A DNA stretch of 64,000 nt, taken from assembly GCF_036321535.1 (NCBI RefSeq), contig NC_087437.1:114082001-114146000 (forward strand), written 5' to 3'. Positions 25,531 through 38,837 of this stretch are shown here, one piece after another. This DNA comes from Camelus dromedarius (Eukaryota). Every line of letters begins with the position of its first letter. The first letter of the stretch is position 1. Both the position numbers and the translations under genes were made by a program. The notes under the pieces were generated by a model that was not told where the DNA came from, did no database searches, and saw only the letters and a list, made by a program, of their open reading frames with translations.

Positions 25531-25940
25531 TGTGATGGTTAATTTTATGTGTCAAGGTGGCGGGGCCATGGTACCCAGATATTTTCAACATTACGCTAGA
25601 TGTTTCTGCGAGGGTGTCTTAGATGAGATTAACCTTGGAATTGGCAGACTCTGACTAAAGCAGATTGCTCTCCATGATGTAGGTGAGCCCCATCCAATTA
25701 ACTGAAGGCTCGAGTAGAACAAAAAGACCGCCCTCCCCTGAGCAAGAAAAACTTCTGCAGCAGAAGACCTTTGATCTTGAACTGCAGCATCTTCTCTTGT
25801 CTCAGTCCTCAGCCTACCAGCCCGCCCTGCAGATTTTGGATTTGTCCGCCTTCATAATTGCATAAGCCAAGCCCTCTCCCCCTCTCTCATTATATATATA
25901 TATGTACACACTGTATTGATTCGTTTCTCCGATGAATATA
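25531..25940 (+). mobile_element. MLT2 (ERVL) solo LTR
   Basis: Canonical start tgtgatggttaattttatgtgtcaa; aaagcagattgctctccat; cagcccgccctgcagattttgga. Confidence 0.85.
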
Positions 25941-26229
25941 CCAGGGGTATGTAGTGTCCCAGAAACACAGAGGAGAAAGTTTTGAGTCAACAAAGAATTG
26001 ACTTGGCCGGTGTAGCTCATGGTGACCTTGATGTAAATCATGGGGAACACGGTGTCCCCTCCACTTGTTGGTGTGTATTTGATCACTTGTGAGATTCCCA
26101 TGTTTTCGTCATTCTCAGCCATTTCTAAGTTCTTTGTAACTGCAGCTCCGCAGCAAGGTAGCAGGGCCTTTCTTTTCTGCCCCACATAGCTCTGATCTAA
26201 TTTTGGTAGATGCTTTTGGTGCCCCACTT

Positions 26230-26520
26230 GGCAAATAAATATAACGCCAGGTAGTGGTAGATGCTATGATGAGAAGCAAGATAAACAGACAGAAAGGGGA
26301 CAGGTAGGGGCCGCTATCAGAGACAGTGTGGTCTGTGAGGAGAGGACATCTGAGCAGAGCCAAAATAAAGTCACTGAATAAGTGAAGACATATCTGGGGA
26401 AGATCACTGCAGACATCGAGAGCAGCCTGTGCAAAGGCCCTGAGGCAGGAACATGCAGTCTTGCTGGGGACAGGCAGGGAACTGCAGTGAAAAGAGCTTC
26501 GGAGTCCGAGTGGCAGCTGA
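26230..26520 (-). mobile_element. L2 fragment
   Basis: aaataaatataacgccaggtagtggtagatgctatgatgaga...gacatctgagcagag...cagcctgtgcaaaggccctgaggcagga. Confidence 0.6.
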
Positions 26521-27867
26521 GTTCTTGTCCCACAGCTGCCATTAATCAACTGCTTCTGGTGGAACCATTCCCGTCTCTTCTGTCTGCATCATTTTCTTGA
26601 TCTGAAGTACAGTGGGGGTGGATAAGGGATTCTTTTAGGTCCTGGCCATCTCGCATGCCTTATAATCCTCAAGGGGGAGGAATGCAGTCATTGCCATTTT
26701 TTCGCTCAATGTTTTGTTTTCAGTGATCACACTTTGGCATGTCAGCTGCTATTTGTCTACCAGGATTTCACTTCCTAACATAGAGAAAAATTTGGTTTGG
26801 AGACTGGTCATTGTAAAACAGCTCTGTGTGATGGAGAACGCTTCATCTGGGATGAATGGAAAAGCTCACTGTCCTCCCATCACGCTGAAGTTTGGCATGT
26901 GTTTTAACACATTCTGTGAAGGGCAAGACTCAGCGGGACACTGTTTTTCCCAGAGAAACGATTAGACTACAAGAAGAAAAAAAAAAAAAATGGAGCCACA
27001 TAATTTACGGCACTGGATTAACAGGAGCAGAGTCACCAATAAGGAGTTGCTTTGGAAACAGACCCTTACAAATCATAGACATAACAGCACATGGACAGAG
27101 CCAGCATTCTCCTTTGTCATTAGACAACTCAGAGCTCTTTTTAATGACTGCAGCTCGAAATAAAGGAAAACTTTTGCTTTCTTCAATTGCAGAATTTGCC
27201 AAAATCCTGAGCTTTTAAAATTTCACCTGGCCTAAGAAATAATGAACATAGGGACCAAACGAAGTCTTCCCACAAATGCGTTTTTTTTTTTTTTTTCAGG
27301 ACAAAGAAAAATTTGAGCGTGGAGAACAAACAATATACAAACGATAAATAAGTGAAAAAGATCCGTCACATTAGGGACTGAGGCAGGGCAGACAGACGAG
27401 TAAGCCCTCACTTACTTCCTCTGAGCAAAAAACATTGAGAGAATCTCCAAATTATCTCACACTAAAACCTGGATATTATGGCTGTGGGGAAGGAAATGAC
27501 CTTTCCAGGTTTCCTCCAGTCTGTTTACAGGCCTAAGGTCAAGACTGGAAGGGCTGGTAGATTCTCAGCATCTCCCCCGAAAGTGTGGGAAGGTGATTAA
27601 AGGATTAAAATTTGCATGCAAAGCAATAGATATTCAAACCCTTCCCACCCCCCTCCATGTAACAGAGAAGATAAAAGCTGTTTCCTTTCAAAGCTTCAGG
27701 TTAAAGATGGAAGAATTAGCCAATATGTAACCGTATCGCGGGGCACTCAGAGAGGCCTGAGAGGAGAGAAGGCAATGATATCCAAATATCAATCTGCACT
27801 AGGGGAAAAAAAAAAATTAACCCCTGAAAAACTCCATCGAAAACCCAAGGAATGTCATTGCCTAAGG

Positions 27868-28094
27868 CAGTGGTTCTCAAAGGAGGGGACTGGATTTGGA
27901 CCCCCTCCCAGGGGACTTTTGACAACACCTGAAGACCTATTTGGCTGTCAAGATGCAGAGGAGGAAGGATGTTACTGGTGTCTGGTGGGTAGAGGGTACC
28001 AGGAATGCTGTCGAACATCCTACAGTGAGAAGGACCGGCTCACGACAAAGAAGATCAGCCCCAGATGTAATAGTTTCAAGGCTGAGAATTCCTG
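27868..28094 (+). mobile_element. MER20 hAT-Charlie element
   Basis: Termini cagtggttctcaa ... gctgagaattcctg; ctaagg present on both flanks (TSD remnant). Confidence 0.8.
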
Positions 28095-31000
28095 TCTAAG
28101 GTTTCTACTCTGGTGCTTTACAGTTTGCCTACTCAGAATGTTTCACCAGTTCACTCTGTGCCTCCCCTAGAACCTCTTACCTCCACCCTCAAAGCGAAGC
28201 CCCAGGGCTTTTCCTTGTTCAGGTTAGTGCTGGCAACTGCTTGGCCCCATCCAGTAATTATGAAAGCCTCACACCAAAGAAGGCCCATCCAAGGGACAGA
28301 TTGAGTCCCCCTAGAACTGCCAATCGGCTGCCCCTGCGGGCAAGGGGAGCCGATTTATGAGGTGGTTAAAACTTATCTGTGTCTTTCTTTGTAAATAAAT
28401 TGTTTAGAGTTCTCAGATTTCGATCTAAATAGTTACAAACTTTATCAGGCTCTAGCCATGCTTCAAATAGGATCCTGCAATTACCACTCAATTGCCGCCT
28501 TGGAAATGAGACAGCCAGGCGCCACTGGCATGGCCCCAGGACAGCATTCTGCTCAGAGATACCTTTCAGGGAGATTCTTCACTTGATGTTTCCAACAGGG
28601 CACATGACATTCTTTTTAATACACTTCTCTGTGGCCCCGGAGGGCTGAGGAGATGAACTGACTGCTTCATATTTGAAGAGTCTTCTGAAAGGACAGAACC
28701 AGCGGCTTGTAGCCCTGGTCCTGTGTGTCAGCTACAGGTAAGACCACAGACCGCACTCACCTTGGTGTCCTGGGGATTTGGAGACCACGTGGGGAACCAG
28801 AGGATGACGTGCTACTTGGATCAGCTTGGGACACTTGGCCCAGGGGAGCCTTTTATAAAAAACCACTCACTTGGTGTTCCAATTACTTGAGTCTAAGAAA
28901 GTAATTTAAGGAAGAAAAAAAAAAAAAGCTATACCTCAACTTACCAATAATATTCCTGAAAATGTTAGGCCATGCTAGGCCTATATTTCTCAATTTTTTT
29001 TTTTCTGTTATCATCCCCAAAAAGGAGCCTTTCAGACTTTTTTTTTTTTTTTTTTTTTCTGATTGCCTCTTCTCATCCTTGAAATTGTGGTTCAACGGAT
29101 ATACTATGTATCTGGTTACGTACAGTGGTACTTTGGAAGGTCACAAACCACTGTAGTAGCTTGGATTTCTTTGCTCCCTAAGAAGCAATAGTCTGCCCGT
29201 GGGATAGCTACCAGCCTCTTTGAGCATGCGTGGGCTACAGTTAACTTCACCTCTGATTTATCTGTCATCAACAGTAGACACCATCAAAAACATTAAAAAC
29301 CTAAAAACTTTGTTTCACTTATTTTTTGTCAGTTTTAGGAAGAAAATTTCAGGAAGAAAATTAAAATAATCTGCTGATAGATTAATTACTTAATATTTGC
29401 GTACATTTTTCTAGGCTTTTCTATGAATACATTTATTTATCATGTTGATTTATATAACATAGGTTTTGAACTTAATGTTTTTACTTGTAGGGGGAACAAA
29501 TTTCCATATAATTACCTAATTTTTAATGACATTATGTTTATGGATGAATAATGTTCCAGCATAAGTATGCAGGTTATCAAATTTAGTAAACCTGTTTTGT
29601 TGGCTATTTAAGCTAATTTTAATGTATCTCTATTAGAAAATGCAGCAGAGATGAGATGCAGCTAAAGCTCCATTATTTCTTTATAGCAGTCATATTGCAA
29701 AATGTTAGGACTTTTTGCCTTTTTTGTCAAAACACACCAGTACCTTGATACACAATCAGTTATCAAGTGAAAAATCTCTCTATAGATTAAATACAGCAAG
29801 TAGATTTTTTTTTTTTGCTGTACCTAGCTCAAAGCAATGTATTCCTAAATGCCACCCTAAGAATTTGTAGATACTAACCTTCCCTCCTACTTAACAGAGA
29901 AACCTTCCAGAAGAACCTCACCTTTCCATGGGGTCTCTTTACATCTTACATTAACACTGCTGCCCTGGGTATACCAGAAGCCCCGCAGCATATGTCTGTA
30001 CCAGCCACGGGAGAGACTGTATGAAATATTGTTCCCGGTATTATTGAGTCAGTTCAGTAAATTACTATCAGCACTTGCTCTTGGAGTCTCCTCTCCCCTA
30101 AGATGCTCCAGTTTCCATGTTGATGGTCCAAGTTCAATGTCTCCCCCAAACCTATGAATTGATCACTGGCTTTCCAATCAGGAGTCTCCTCTTTCTCAGC
30201 TCCAAGCCCGGTCACCCTTTTCAGGTGAGTAACCCTTGAAGACTTTCCCCAGGACTCAAGTCCAACCCAAACTCCCAGGACACTATATTCCAGCCCATTT
30301 GCTTTGAAAATGATTTGAAAGACTACACCTGCCAGCACACACACACTTTAGTATTGCTCATATCCATTGTATTTCTACATATTCATTGAATTCCATTCAG
30401 ATCTGAGTATCAGCAACGTTACAACTAGATGCCTATCATTTTTCCACTGATCATAATGAAAGGTGCTCAGGGTGACAGTCATACATGATGCAATTAAATT
30501 GTTTCACTACCACTGTGTTAATTGTGCACCCCAGTAAAATATATTTAGACACCTATGAAAATCTGCCTGGATATTACCAGTGACTGTGGCAGAAGTTACA
30601 ATAATTCTTGATTTTACATCTTATTGGGTATAATTGTTAACATAATAGTCTATTGTGCATCTTACAGTCACATCCTTTGACAAGCTACGATTTTTCAGGA
30701 CACATATTTCTTTTCTTGCTGTGTGAGTCACACAGAAAGGGGAAAACTTCAAAGAGCTTGTTCACTGACTTCAGAACTGGCAGAAACCTGCACAGGTGTT
30801 TGTGTCCAGGTCTCGGTACTCAAAGTTGGGCACTCGTTGAGTGTCCCAGCCTCTCACCCAAAGAAACCCTAAGTACCACAAACACAGGGTAGCAGCCGCT
30901 GCTTGGGGACTGAAGCAGGGACATTACTGTTATTGATTATTGTGTATTGATTATGCTTTCCTTCATGCCATCTTCCCTGGAAAGGAGAGGGGTCAACTGC

Positions 31001-31843
31001 TAAGAAGAGCCCATCGCACTCGTCAGTTTTCATCTTTGTGTTTATCTGGTTATTTTTAACCTTTAAAAAGCATATTTGTTAGAGAAAGGAATTAAAATAA
31101 TGAGGATTCTGGCTTAGCTGTGACACCTGAATTATCTGTCACCTGTAGATGTATCGAGCATCAGCTAACGTTTTAAGCCTCCTTGGGTACCTGTGCCTGA
31201 GTCACGTATTAGAGATTCAAAGATCTGTAAGACACAACTCTTACTTTTGAGGACCTCACTGCCAAGAGATTGCTCCCATTGCACAAATGGATAATTAATA
31301 ATCAATGTGTAATTGAGCATTATGAAATAAAAAGAAAGGACACCACACACGGACTCAGCATGTGTGGTGGGGAGGGGTTGTGGCAAAACAAGGGTGAACT
31401 GGCCACAGACTTAAACTGAAAAGGAAAGAAAACACAAAGTCACTCCCAAACGATTTCCTCTCCTCACCTCCTTTTCACAAAGTTGCTGTCTCTCTCACGT
31501 CATAGAATACCGCAGCAAGTAGAACAATAATACAGGTAGTAGAAATTTTAATAGATTGAAAATTCAGTATGTTTCATTCAGATTGTCAGTATTCTCGGTA
31601 TATAAAGTTAAGGGTTGCAAGAGAATTGTGCCAGTGGCCTGGGAGCTGCAGGGAACCAGGACCCAGATATTAACATAATTCTTTCCTCAGTGCATAAATA
31701 CCTTTTAAATGAAGAACATCAAAGAAAAAGAACTTCTAAAATATTTTCTCAATCCTTTCCCCACTTTGAGGAAAATATAAATTGGGGGCCAGTACTTAAA
31801 GATAAGCCTTTTTATTAAAATATAAATATTTAATCTTAGATGG

Positions 31844-32222
31844 TGTTGTGGGCTGAATGAAGTACTCCCAGTATTCATATATTGAAGACCTAACCCCTCC
31901 ACTGCCTCAGAATGTGACTGTCCTTGGAGATGGGCCCTTTAAGAGGTAATTAGGTTAAAGTGAGGTCATTGGGGTGGTTCTAACCCAGTACAACTGGTGT
32001 CCAAAGAGGAGATAAGGATAGAGGCTCACAAAGAGGGAAGACTATGTAAAGACGGTGGGAGAAGATGAACTTCTGCAAGCCACGGAGGGAGGCCTCAGGA
32101 CGAAACCAACCCTGCTGACCCCTTGACCTTGGACGTCTATCCTCCAAGACTGTAAGAAAATAAATGTCTGTAATGTAAGGCCCCCAGTCTGTGGTACTTT
32201 GTTATGGGAGTGAATTAATACA
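31844..32222 (+). mobile_element. MLT1A-like MaLR solo LTR
   Basis: tgttgtgggctgaat...cctcagaatgtgactgt...aaccaaccctgctgacc...ctgtaagaaaataaatgtctg...agtctgtggtactttgttatgg...taataca. Confidence 0.85.
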
Positions 32223-33829
32223 AGCAGTGTTTCAAGGAAAGATAATGGGGAAATCTCCAGTGCAAAGACTTTCAACCTGGAGAGAAAAAAAAATACTCTA
32301 AACCTTAGAGTTTGGATCCATAAAGGTGTATCTGCTGTAGGGGTGGAGGGAGGGGACAGCTCTTTGCTTCTGGGACAACTTTACTGATGTTTATATTAAG
32401 GGGAAGAGTCCTGTTTCTAAACAACTGAAGGAAAGACAATGAGAAAGGAATAAAGAATGAAGTGTCTAGGTCCAAGGGTACAGTCTTCTCAATGGCTCAC
32501 ATCCCAGACCTAGAGTCCCAGGTCACGGATTCTGAATTCAAAGGCTGGGACTCAGGATTCCGAGAACACGAGAGAGAAAGTGGGACTTCGGAGAGCCGTG
32601 CCCGGGGACACTGCCGAGCCAGGAGGGATAGCAGATTTGTCCAGATGACACCAAACATCAAGCAAAGGTCTGCCCCAAAGACCAAAAGGGCCAACTAGTG
32701 GTCAGGTCTGGAAACAAAACAGAGGGGGCCCGCCTGTGGGAAGCTGAGAGCTATGAGGAAGTTTTAAATGCTTCCAATTTGAGTTGAGACAAGATTCCGT
32801 ATGCCTCCCTCAGCAAGGTCTGCTGTTCCTCCCAGACTTCATCAACAGAAACGGCTCTGTGCCCTGGACTATGCGCAGTCCAGAGGATATTTTGTAAATG
32901 TTTCTTTTAAGGTAACATTCCTATAACAGGGGAAATAGTAACATGAGAAAGTGGAAGTTTGCAGGTCCTGGTCTTGGGAAGCACGCCCTATCCGTCCGTC
33001 CTCGGACAGGACTGCGGAGGACTGAACAGCTCGCCCAGCAGCACTGGCCTGGTCACATCACAACTCTCTCCCCGTAGCACGCTGAGCACTGGAGGGAAGC
33101 TGGGAGAATAAAAAGGCTCTAAGAACGTGTGTCTGGTGATGTTAGATGCACCAGGGGATGAGAAAGCCAGGCATCTCTATGGAAGCTTCCCTGTGTCCCT
33201 AATTCTCCAATCTAGCACCCAATGGGAGAACAAGGCCCAACATCAGGGCTCTGAGAAGCGGCATTCACTCAGCAGAGAAAATGCCACAAGTCCACCGTCA
33301 CGTGGGGAAGGGCATCTCTCCCCGCAGCCTTGGGAGGAGAAAGCTGGGAGGGGTCCTGGTTGCCGGGAAGCAGTCTTTGCCACATGGTATTCTGTCCTAT
33401 TGTCAAAACGACTCATCTTTGCTTCTTGAGAGTCAATAAAAAATGCAGCCAAGGACTTGAAGAAAAATGCCTCTCTTGCCCTTGAAAATCTAGGAATTGC
33501 TGACTTCTGAGGGTTGGGAGGATATGATCATACCATCTTCTCCACACTGGGTCTGATGCTGGGTTTAGTGTGATGGGAGAAGAAGCCGAGCTCCTCTGTT
33601 CTGAGTCACAGCCCTGTGGCTATGCGCAGGAGGCGGGCAGGCACTGGATGAGCCGGAGCCCCAAGTCGCTCAAACCCTTTCTTGATCCTAAACCTGGACC
33701 AAGACAATGAGCTTCCGCGTTTGCTTTGCAGCCTCCCTCTCTGTGGATGCTGCGGTGCAAAACCTTCTTCCGAAGCTCTTCTCTACACAGCAGCCACCAG
33801 AAGGAGAAGCTACCCACCAGTTGGGGGGG

Positions 33830-34330
33830 AAAAGGGGGCGGGGGAGAGACAGAGCTAAAACAGAGCTACATTTCGATCCGAAGCCTGGAGCGCAAGCTCT
33901 AATTTGAGGCGGGGTCGCCGCGGCTGCGGTTCGGGCTGAGCGCCTCCTGTCAGGATGTGAAGGCTGCCACCCCCGCGAGGGCAGGCACGGCACGGGGCTC
34001 AGCGCCGCCTCCTGCTCCCTCTTGGGCTCATTTACCGAGAGCATCTCCAAGAGCCGGTCATGGGGAGAGGGGCAGCGCGCAGTGACGACCCCAGCACGCG
34101 GAAGTTCGCCGCCGCCTCGGGCTTGTCAACTTCACAAAGGGAAAAACAAAACAAGAGAAAAGAGAACCTTTTTCCTGTTGGGGGGGTGGGGAGCCAGCGT
34201 AACTCAGCCCAGAGGTGAGCTGCAGGCCTGGCGACCCGGCCCCCACCCCGTTTGTTTTGATCGCAGGTCAAGGCTCTCTTGTAGGTGCGGGTGGTTTACG
34301 TTAAATGGGTCGCCAGTGGTCCAGTGCTCC
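33830..34330. promoter_or_regulatory. Small CpG island / candidate promoter or enhancer
   Basis: About 35 CpGs counted by eye in 33841-34320; GC box gggggcgggg 33834-33843; ETS cggaagt 34099-34105. No repeat recognised. Confidence 0.6.
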
Positions 34331-35154
34331 CAGCCAAGGCCAGACCACAACAACCAGCGGCTACTTATTTACCATAACCATATACAAAACCACAAGCCTC
34401 AGGGTTCCCTCAAATACATCCGAGACACTGTATATCTCTTTATTAAAGCTTGTCAGGGTTTTGTGATTGCACAGCCTGCCTTTGAATCCTCACTAAACCA
34501 GGCTGCTTGAGCGGACACCCCCGCCAGGCTGCACACAAACCGCGCAGAACCCAGGAACCCAACCTGGAGGCAGGAGAGAGAGCAGCTTCCCCGCCCAGCG
34601 TCTCTCCTTTCACCTACACTTTGAATTGATTTTTAACTACAAGTGCCGTATTCACGGTTAAGGTGATAGATGGCTGTAAAATATTTTAATCATTCATAAC
34701 TGAAATATTCATGATGGGTGACTAATCTGGTTTCCGTCACTTAAATGAACACAGCATACATCACGGTAATCCATGACCATTAATCACAGGTTTCAAGTTG
34801 GGCGATGTGAGAACCTAGAAGCTTCGTGTCTTCCTTTCTAGGCCATTTGACTAAGATCACGCTGCGTTGTTGTTCTTATTTTTGCTGATTTTTACTTTGC
34901 CTTGTTCCCAAACATTTTGTTTTTTCAAAGCAATTATACATTCTATCTGGTGGATGTCTTTTCAAGTTCTGATGTCCATTGGCTAAGAAGGCAACCCAAT
35001 ACATGGAATTTCGAGATTTCAAAGAGGTCTCAAGTCACAAGACAACTCAGGTGGGGAATTTAGAAACGATAACCAAGGCACCATGGTGGTGATTGGTTCG
35101 ACTGAGTGGCCTTGCTTCTGACTTTGAATAACTCTCCAACTTGAAATTTGACTC

Positions 35155-35265
35155 TGGGCTCACCAACTTGTCCAGGTTTGCCCAGGACTTTCCTGGTTTG
35201 GGCACTGAAATTTTCATGTGCCCTCAAACGTTCTCAGTCCTGAACAAGCCGGGTTTTCCCTGACC
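35155..35265. mobile_element. MER81-like hAT-Blackjack MITE
   Basis: gggctcaccaacttgtccaggtttgcccaggactttcctggtttgggcactgaaa...ctcagtcctgaacaagccggg. Confidence 0.6.
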
Positions 35266-36186
35266 TCCTGACCTAGCCCATGTTCCCTGCTATGCTGCAC
35301 CCCCGGGCAGCGGCCGTCATGGTTCTGACTCTGCACTTACATGTGTGGTCTGTCCTTGGACTCAGACTTGTCCCCCCTACCAGGTTCCCCGAGGGGAGGG
35401 TCACATCTCTATGTGCACAGTACCTGCCATATACTAAGTCCTCAATAAATATCAATAAATGTATGAATGGTTACTTCCTAGTAATTTCTGTTTCATTATT
35501 CACATTTTATAACCTATGAAGGACAAGTCTGTTGCATTTACCAAAATTTTACAAATATGTAATGCTCATTATTTATTTTGATACAGACTGTCATCAACTT
35601 CAATGAACATACAGAAGACATGCTAATCACATTTTCAGGTATAAAAGAAAAAAAGTTGGGAGGGACAGCTGAGTAGATAAGTCAAGACTGGAAAAGTTCA
35701 CAATAACAAAATACATAGATGTAGGGTCTCCTGCTGGAATTCAAGCAGTCAGTTCCACAGTGTGCACTGGACACCATAGTTTGTCCAGTTCTGAAGTCCC
35801 AAGCTGAATAAGCATGTTCCCTGAATTAAAGAGCTCACAGCCAGTGGAGACATAAGATATGGGCGTGACCTTACCACAGCACTTCACATGCTCTCATCTG
35901 GTGTGAAATTACAGTGTCCAAATCAGTTCCCTCTCCACGGGATAAGATCTGATTACTAGGGAGCTACCAAGAGTTAAAACAACAAATGGTAACTTTAGCC
36001 TGGTTCTTGGTCTTGAACAAAAGGTTGTTTTTTATCTTTTAATTGCTGTGAGTTTTTCAGAAACTTTTAAATGTGCTTTAGTGAAATATTTTATCTCACC
36101 AGCAGATTATCTGGGCTTTTTTTCTCAGTATATTATGACTTCAGCAAGAATAACGCCATTTACATGCATTTAAAACACTATCAAAC

Positions 36187-36365
36187 CAAAAGGATCAATA
36201 CAAGAAGAGGATATTACACTTGTTAACTTATATGCACCCAATACAGGAGCACCTAACTGCATAAAACAAACACTAACAGACATGAAGGGAGAAATTGATG
36301 GGAATAAAACCACCATGAGATATTACCCCATCCTATTAGAATGAAAAAAATTAAAATATTGATAA
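36187..36365 (+). mobile_element. Chimeric L1 ORF2 fragment (endonuclease piece joined to C-terminal piece)
   Basis: Translates KGSIQEEDITLVNLYAPNTGAPNCIKQTLTDMKGEIDGN-KTTMRY. Flanked by aa(a/g)acactatcaaac at 36172-36186 and 36367-36381. Confidence 0.85.
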
Positions 36366-38108
36366 TAAGACACTATCAAACACCCTTCTGAGTACATTTT
36401 CCCCTGCAACCACCCCTAGAAGTCTCTGCCCTAACCAGGAGCCTGGCCTGTTCTCCCACCAGATCATCACCAATAGCCCATCTAGTCTTCTCCTGGTGGA
36501 CTTCTCCAAAATTGATGCCAGCTACCAATTTATATACACCCCAGTGCATAGACCTCCAAGCCACCATTATTGCCGTCTTGCACCGAATTGCCATCTTGAC
36601 TGATGAAAACACAGAATAAAAAAAGAATTTTAAAAGAGATTATGAGCACTTAATCTTTAATATAAGCAGTAATATAACACCTGCCTGAAATGTCCCCTTT
36701 GATCCATACGTAGATTTAATTAAAATCATATCTCCTTGACTGGCGTGGACAGGAGTTTCTAAAGCTGTGCTATGAATTATGTCATGGTTATTATAGTTTA
36801 AGTCTGGGCACCCCATTCCTCCCCATACAAAAAAGATCAAATCTGCTTTATAGAAGAACTAGAGGGACTTACATATTTAATCCTAGCTGGGCTTCAAGGA
36901 CAGAGAATTTCGTTCATGCTGTTTTTCCCTGTTTGAGATATTCCTCATCAGCTAGGACAGGGCTGGTTTCCTTTCCTCTCTATCCCACAATCTGAATAAA
37001 ATAGGCAAACCCAATCTTGAAAAAATTGAGACTAGAGATACAATCAAAATACGAATTTCTGTGGTCAATTTATTTAAAGCATTAAAAATTATGTTCCAAT
37101 TTTCAACACATGTTCTCCGCACATAAAGTTGAGAGGATTCAACTTGGTGCCATTAGATTAGATTAGCAAAAGGAAATTTATGTTTGACAAGTGTTTTCAG
37201 AGCAGGAGATTCAGCCTCTTAAAAATCTCTGAAAACTGTAGGAAAGATGAGGAAAACCAAACTTAAAACTGTGTTGCAGAGACATCTTGGGGTTCTTACT
37301 GCTTAAAAAAAATACACACACACACACACACAATGTATTCATTATCCAGAATTATGTCTCTTCTATTCCAGTGCCATCCAATTAGATTTTCTTCCTGACA
37401 GGAGTTGGTTCCATCTGATAAATTCATTAAATTCTGTCAACACTTACATGACAAGACTTGCAAAATCTTGCTCAGTACTCCCATCACACCCCATTAGTCC
37501 TCAAGCAGAAGAGGGAACATCAATGAAAACGCGAAGCCAAAAATCCTCCTTGTAAGAAAAAGAAGTAAAGATTTGAAGAGCCAGAAAGATTAATATTTTC
37601 TCCTCTTTTGTGGATCAGCTCACACCCTTGGGGCCTCATTTTCAAACTGGCTAATAGTGAAAGGATGAGAGAGTCCAGAGACGTGCAGGATAATTAGTCT
37701 GGATGCACGGCAGCGAGACACTGAAGGTCAATAATTATTGCTGGGTGGAGAGTCCCTTGTTAGCTATCAAAGCCTGACTCAGCCCACGCCGGCGGCCCGG
37801 AGCACATCGCAGCATTCCCGGGCACTGACTGTAGCGAGGAGGACGCGCAAGCACCCCGGCGGCGGCTTGTGGTCTGCCAGGGTACCTTATCGTTTCGTTG
37901 AAAATGAACTTCTTTCTGTTGTTAGTGAAGGGATTCCTTCTGACTGACACAAGATGCACATTGGATATTTCTCAGTGAGTTCTAGACCTGACCTTTGAAC
38001 TGAAGATTAAAAGATCAAACTTGACCCAGTAAGCTTTCTCCTTCCCCTTCTCTGGGAATCTCCCGTGGTTCTGTTTCTCCACTCCCATTGTTAGGTAGTT
38101 AAGAAAGT

Positions 38109-38630
38109 GACAGCACCAAGAAGATAAGGTGGAGGAGAGGGGAGATGGTCCAGAAGAGGGCAACAAGCCAGCTTTCAGCATCAAGGGGCTTTACTGCCTC
38201 TAAATGAGCGCCAGGAAGAAACCAGTTAGAACCTGAAGCCCACAACTGCGCGGTAGTGAAAAGGACCTAACTGGACGCGACCCAATGCTCATTGTAATAT
38301 AATTAGCATTGCAGTTTGCCCCCCACCACGGATTTTTCTGTGTGCATCATGGGTAAGGACATGCACAAAAGGGAATGAACATGATTAAGCACTCCAGGGG
38401 CAAGAGGTGTTAATCAATCAGAGACCACCTCTGAGCAAGGGTGTAAGAGAACGGGGCAGAGACCACTTCTATCCGCCCTCTAATCAGCCTGCCTCCCATT
38501 CTTGGAGGTCTACCTTCCCTTTGCTAATAAAACCTTTAAAATATTTCGCTATACAACACTTTCAACTCCCATCTGAATTTTTCTCTTTCAGGTAAGACAA
38601 GAACTGGGGTCCTTCCTACTGCTGCACATC
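38109..38630 (+). mobile_element. Probable ERV1-class LTR relic
   Basis: 3' part ctttgctaataaaacctttaaaa...ctgaattttttctctttcaggtaagacaagaac...catca resembles the R/U5 region of MER4-group LTRs. The 5' limit is uncertain. Confidence 0.4.
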
Positions 38631-38837
38631 ACCTGACCTCTGCCAGGTGTGACCCCGTCGCAGATGCCCATCTGGACCCTGATTTCTACACTCTCAGTAG
38701 TGGGGTAAAAAGATTCTTGGGGGAAGAAGCAAAAACACATTCCTCTTTATTATGTCTAAAGCACAGACATACTGTATGTATGTACAGTACCTAAACTTAC
38801 ATACCGTCCATTTGTGGTATTAAAATTTCATGGAGGG

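Noticed and set aside
25814..26227. Protein-looking 137-aa minus ORF
   Set aside because: It overlaps the MLT2 LTR and L2-like sequence.
27616..28170. 184-aa ORF
   Set aside because: It spans a MER20 element and an A-run; no homology recognised.
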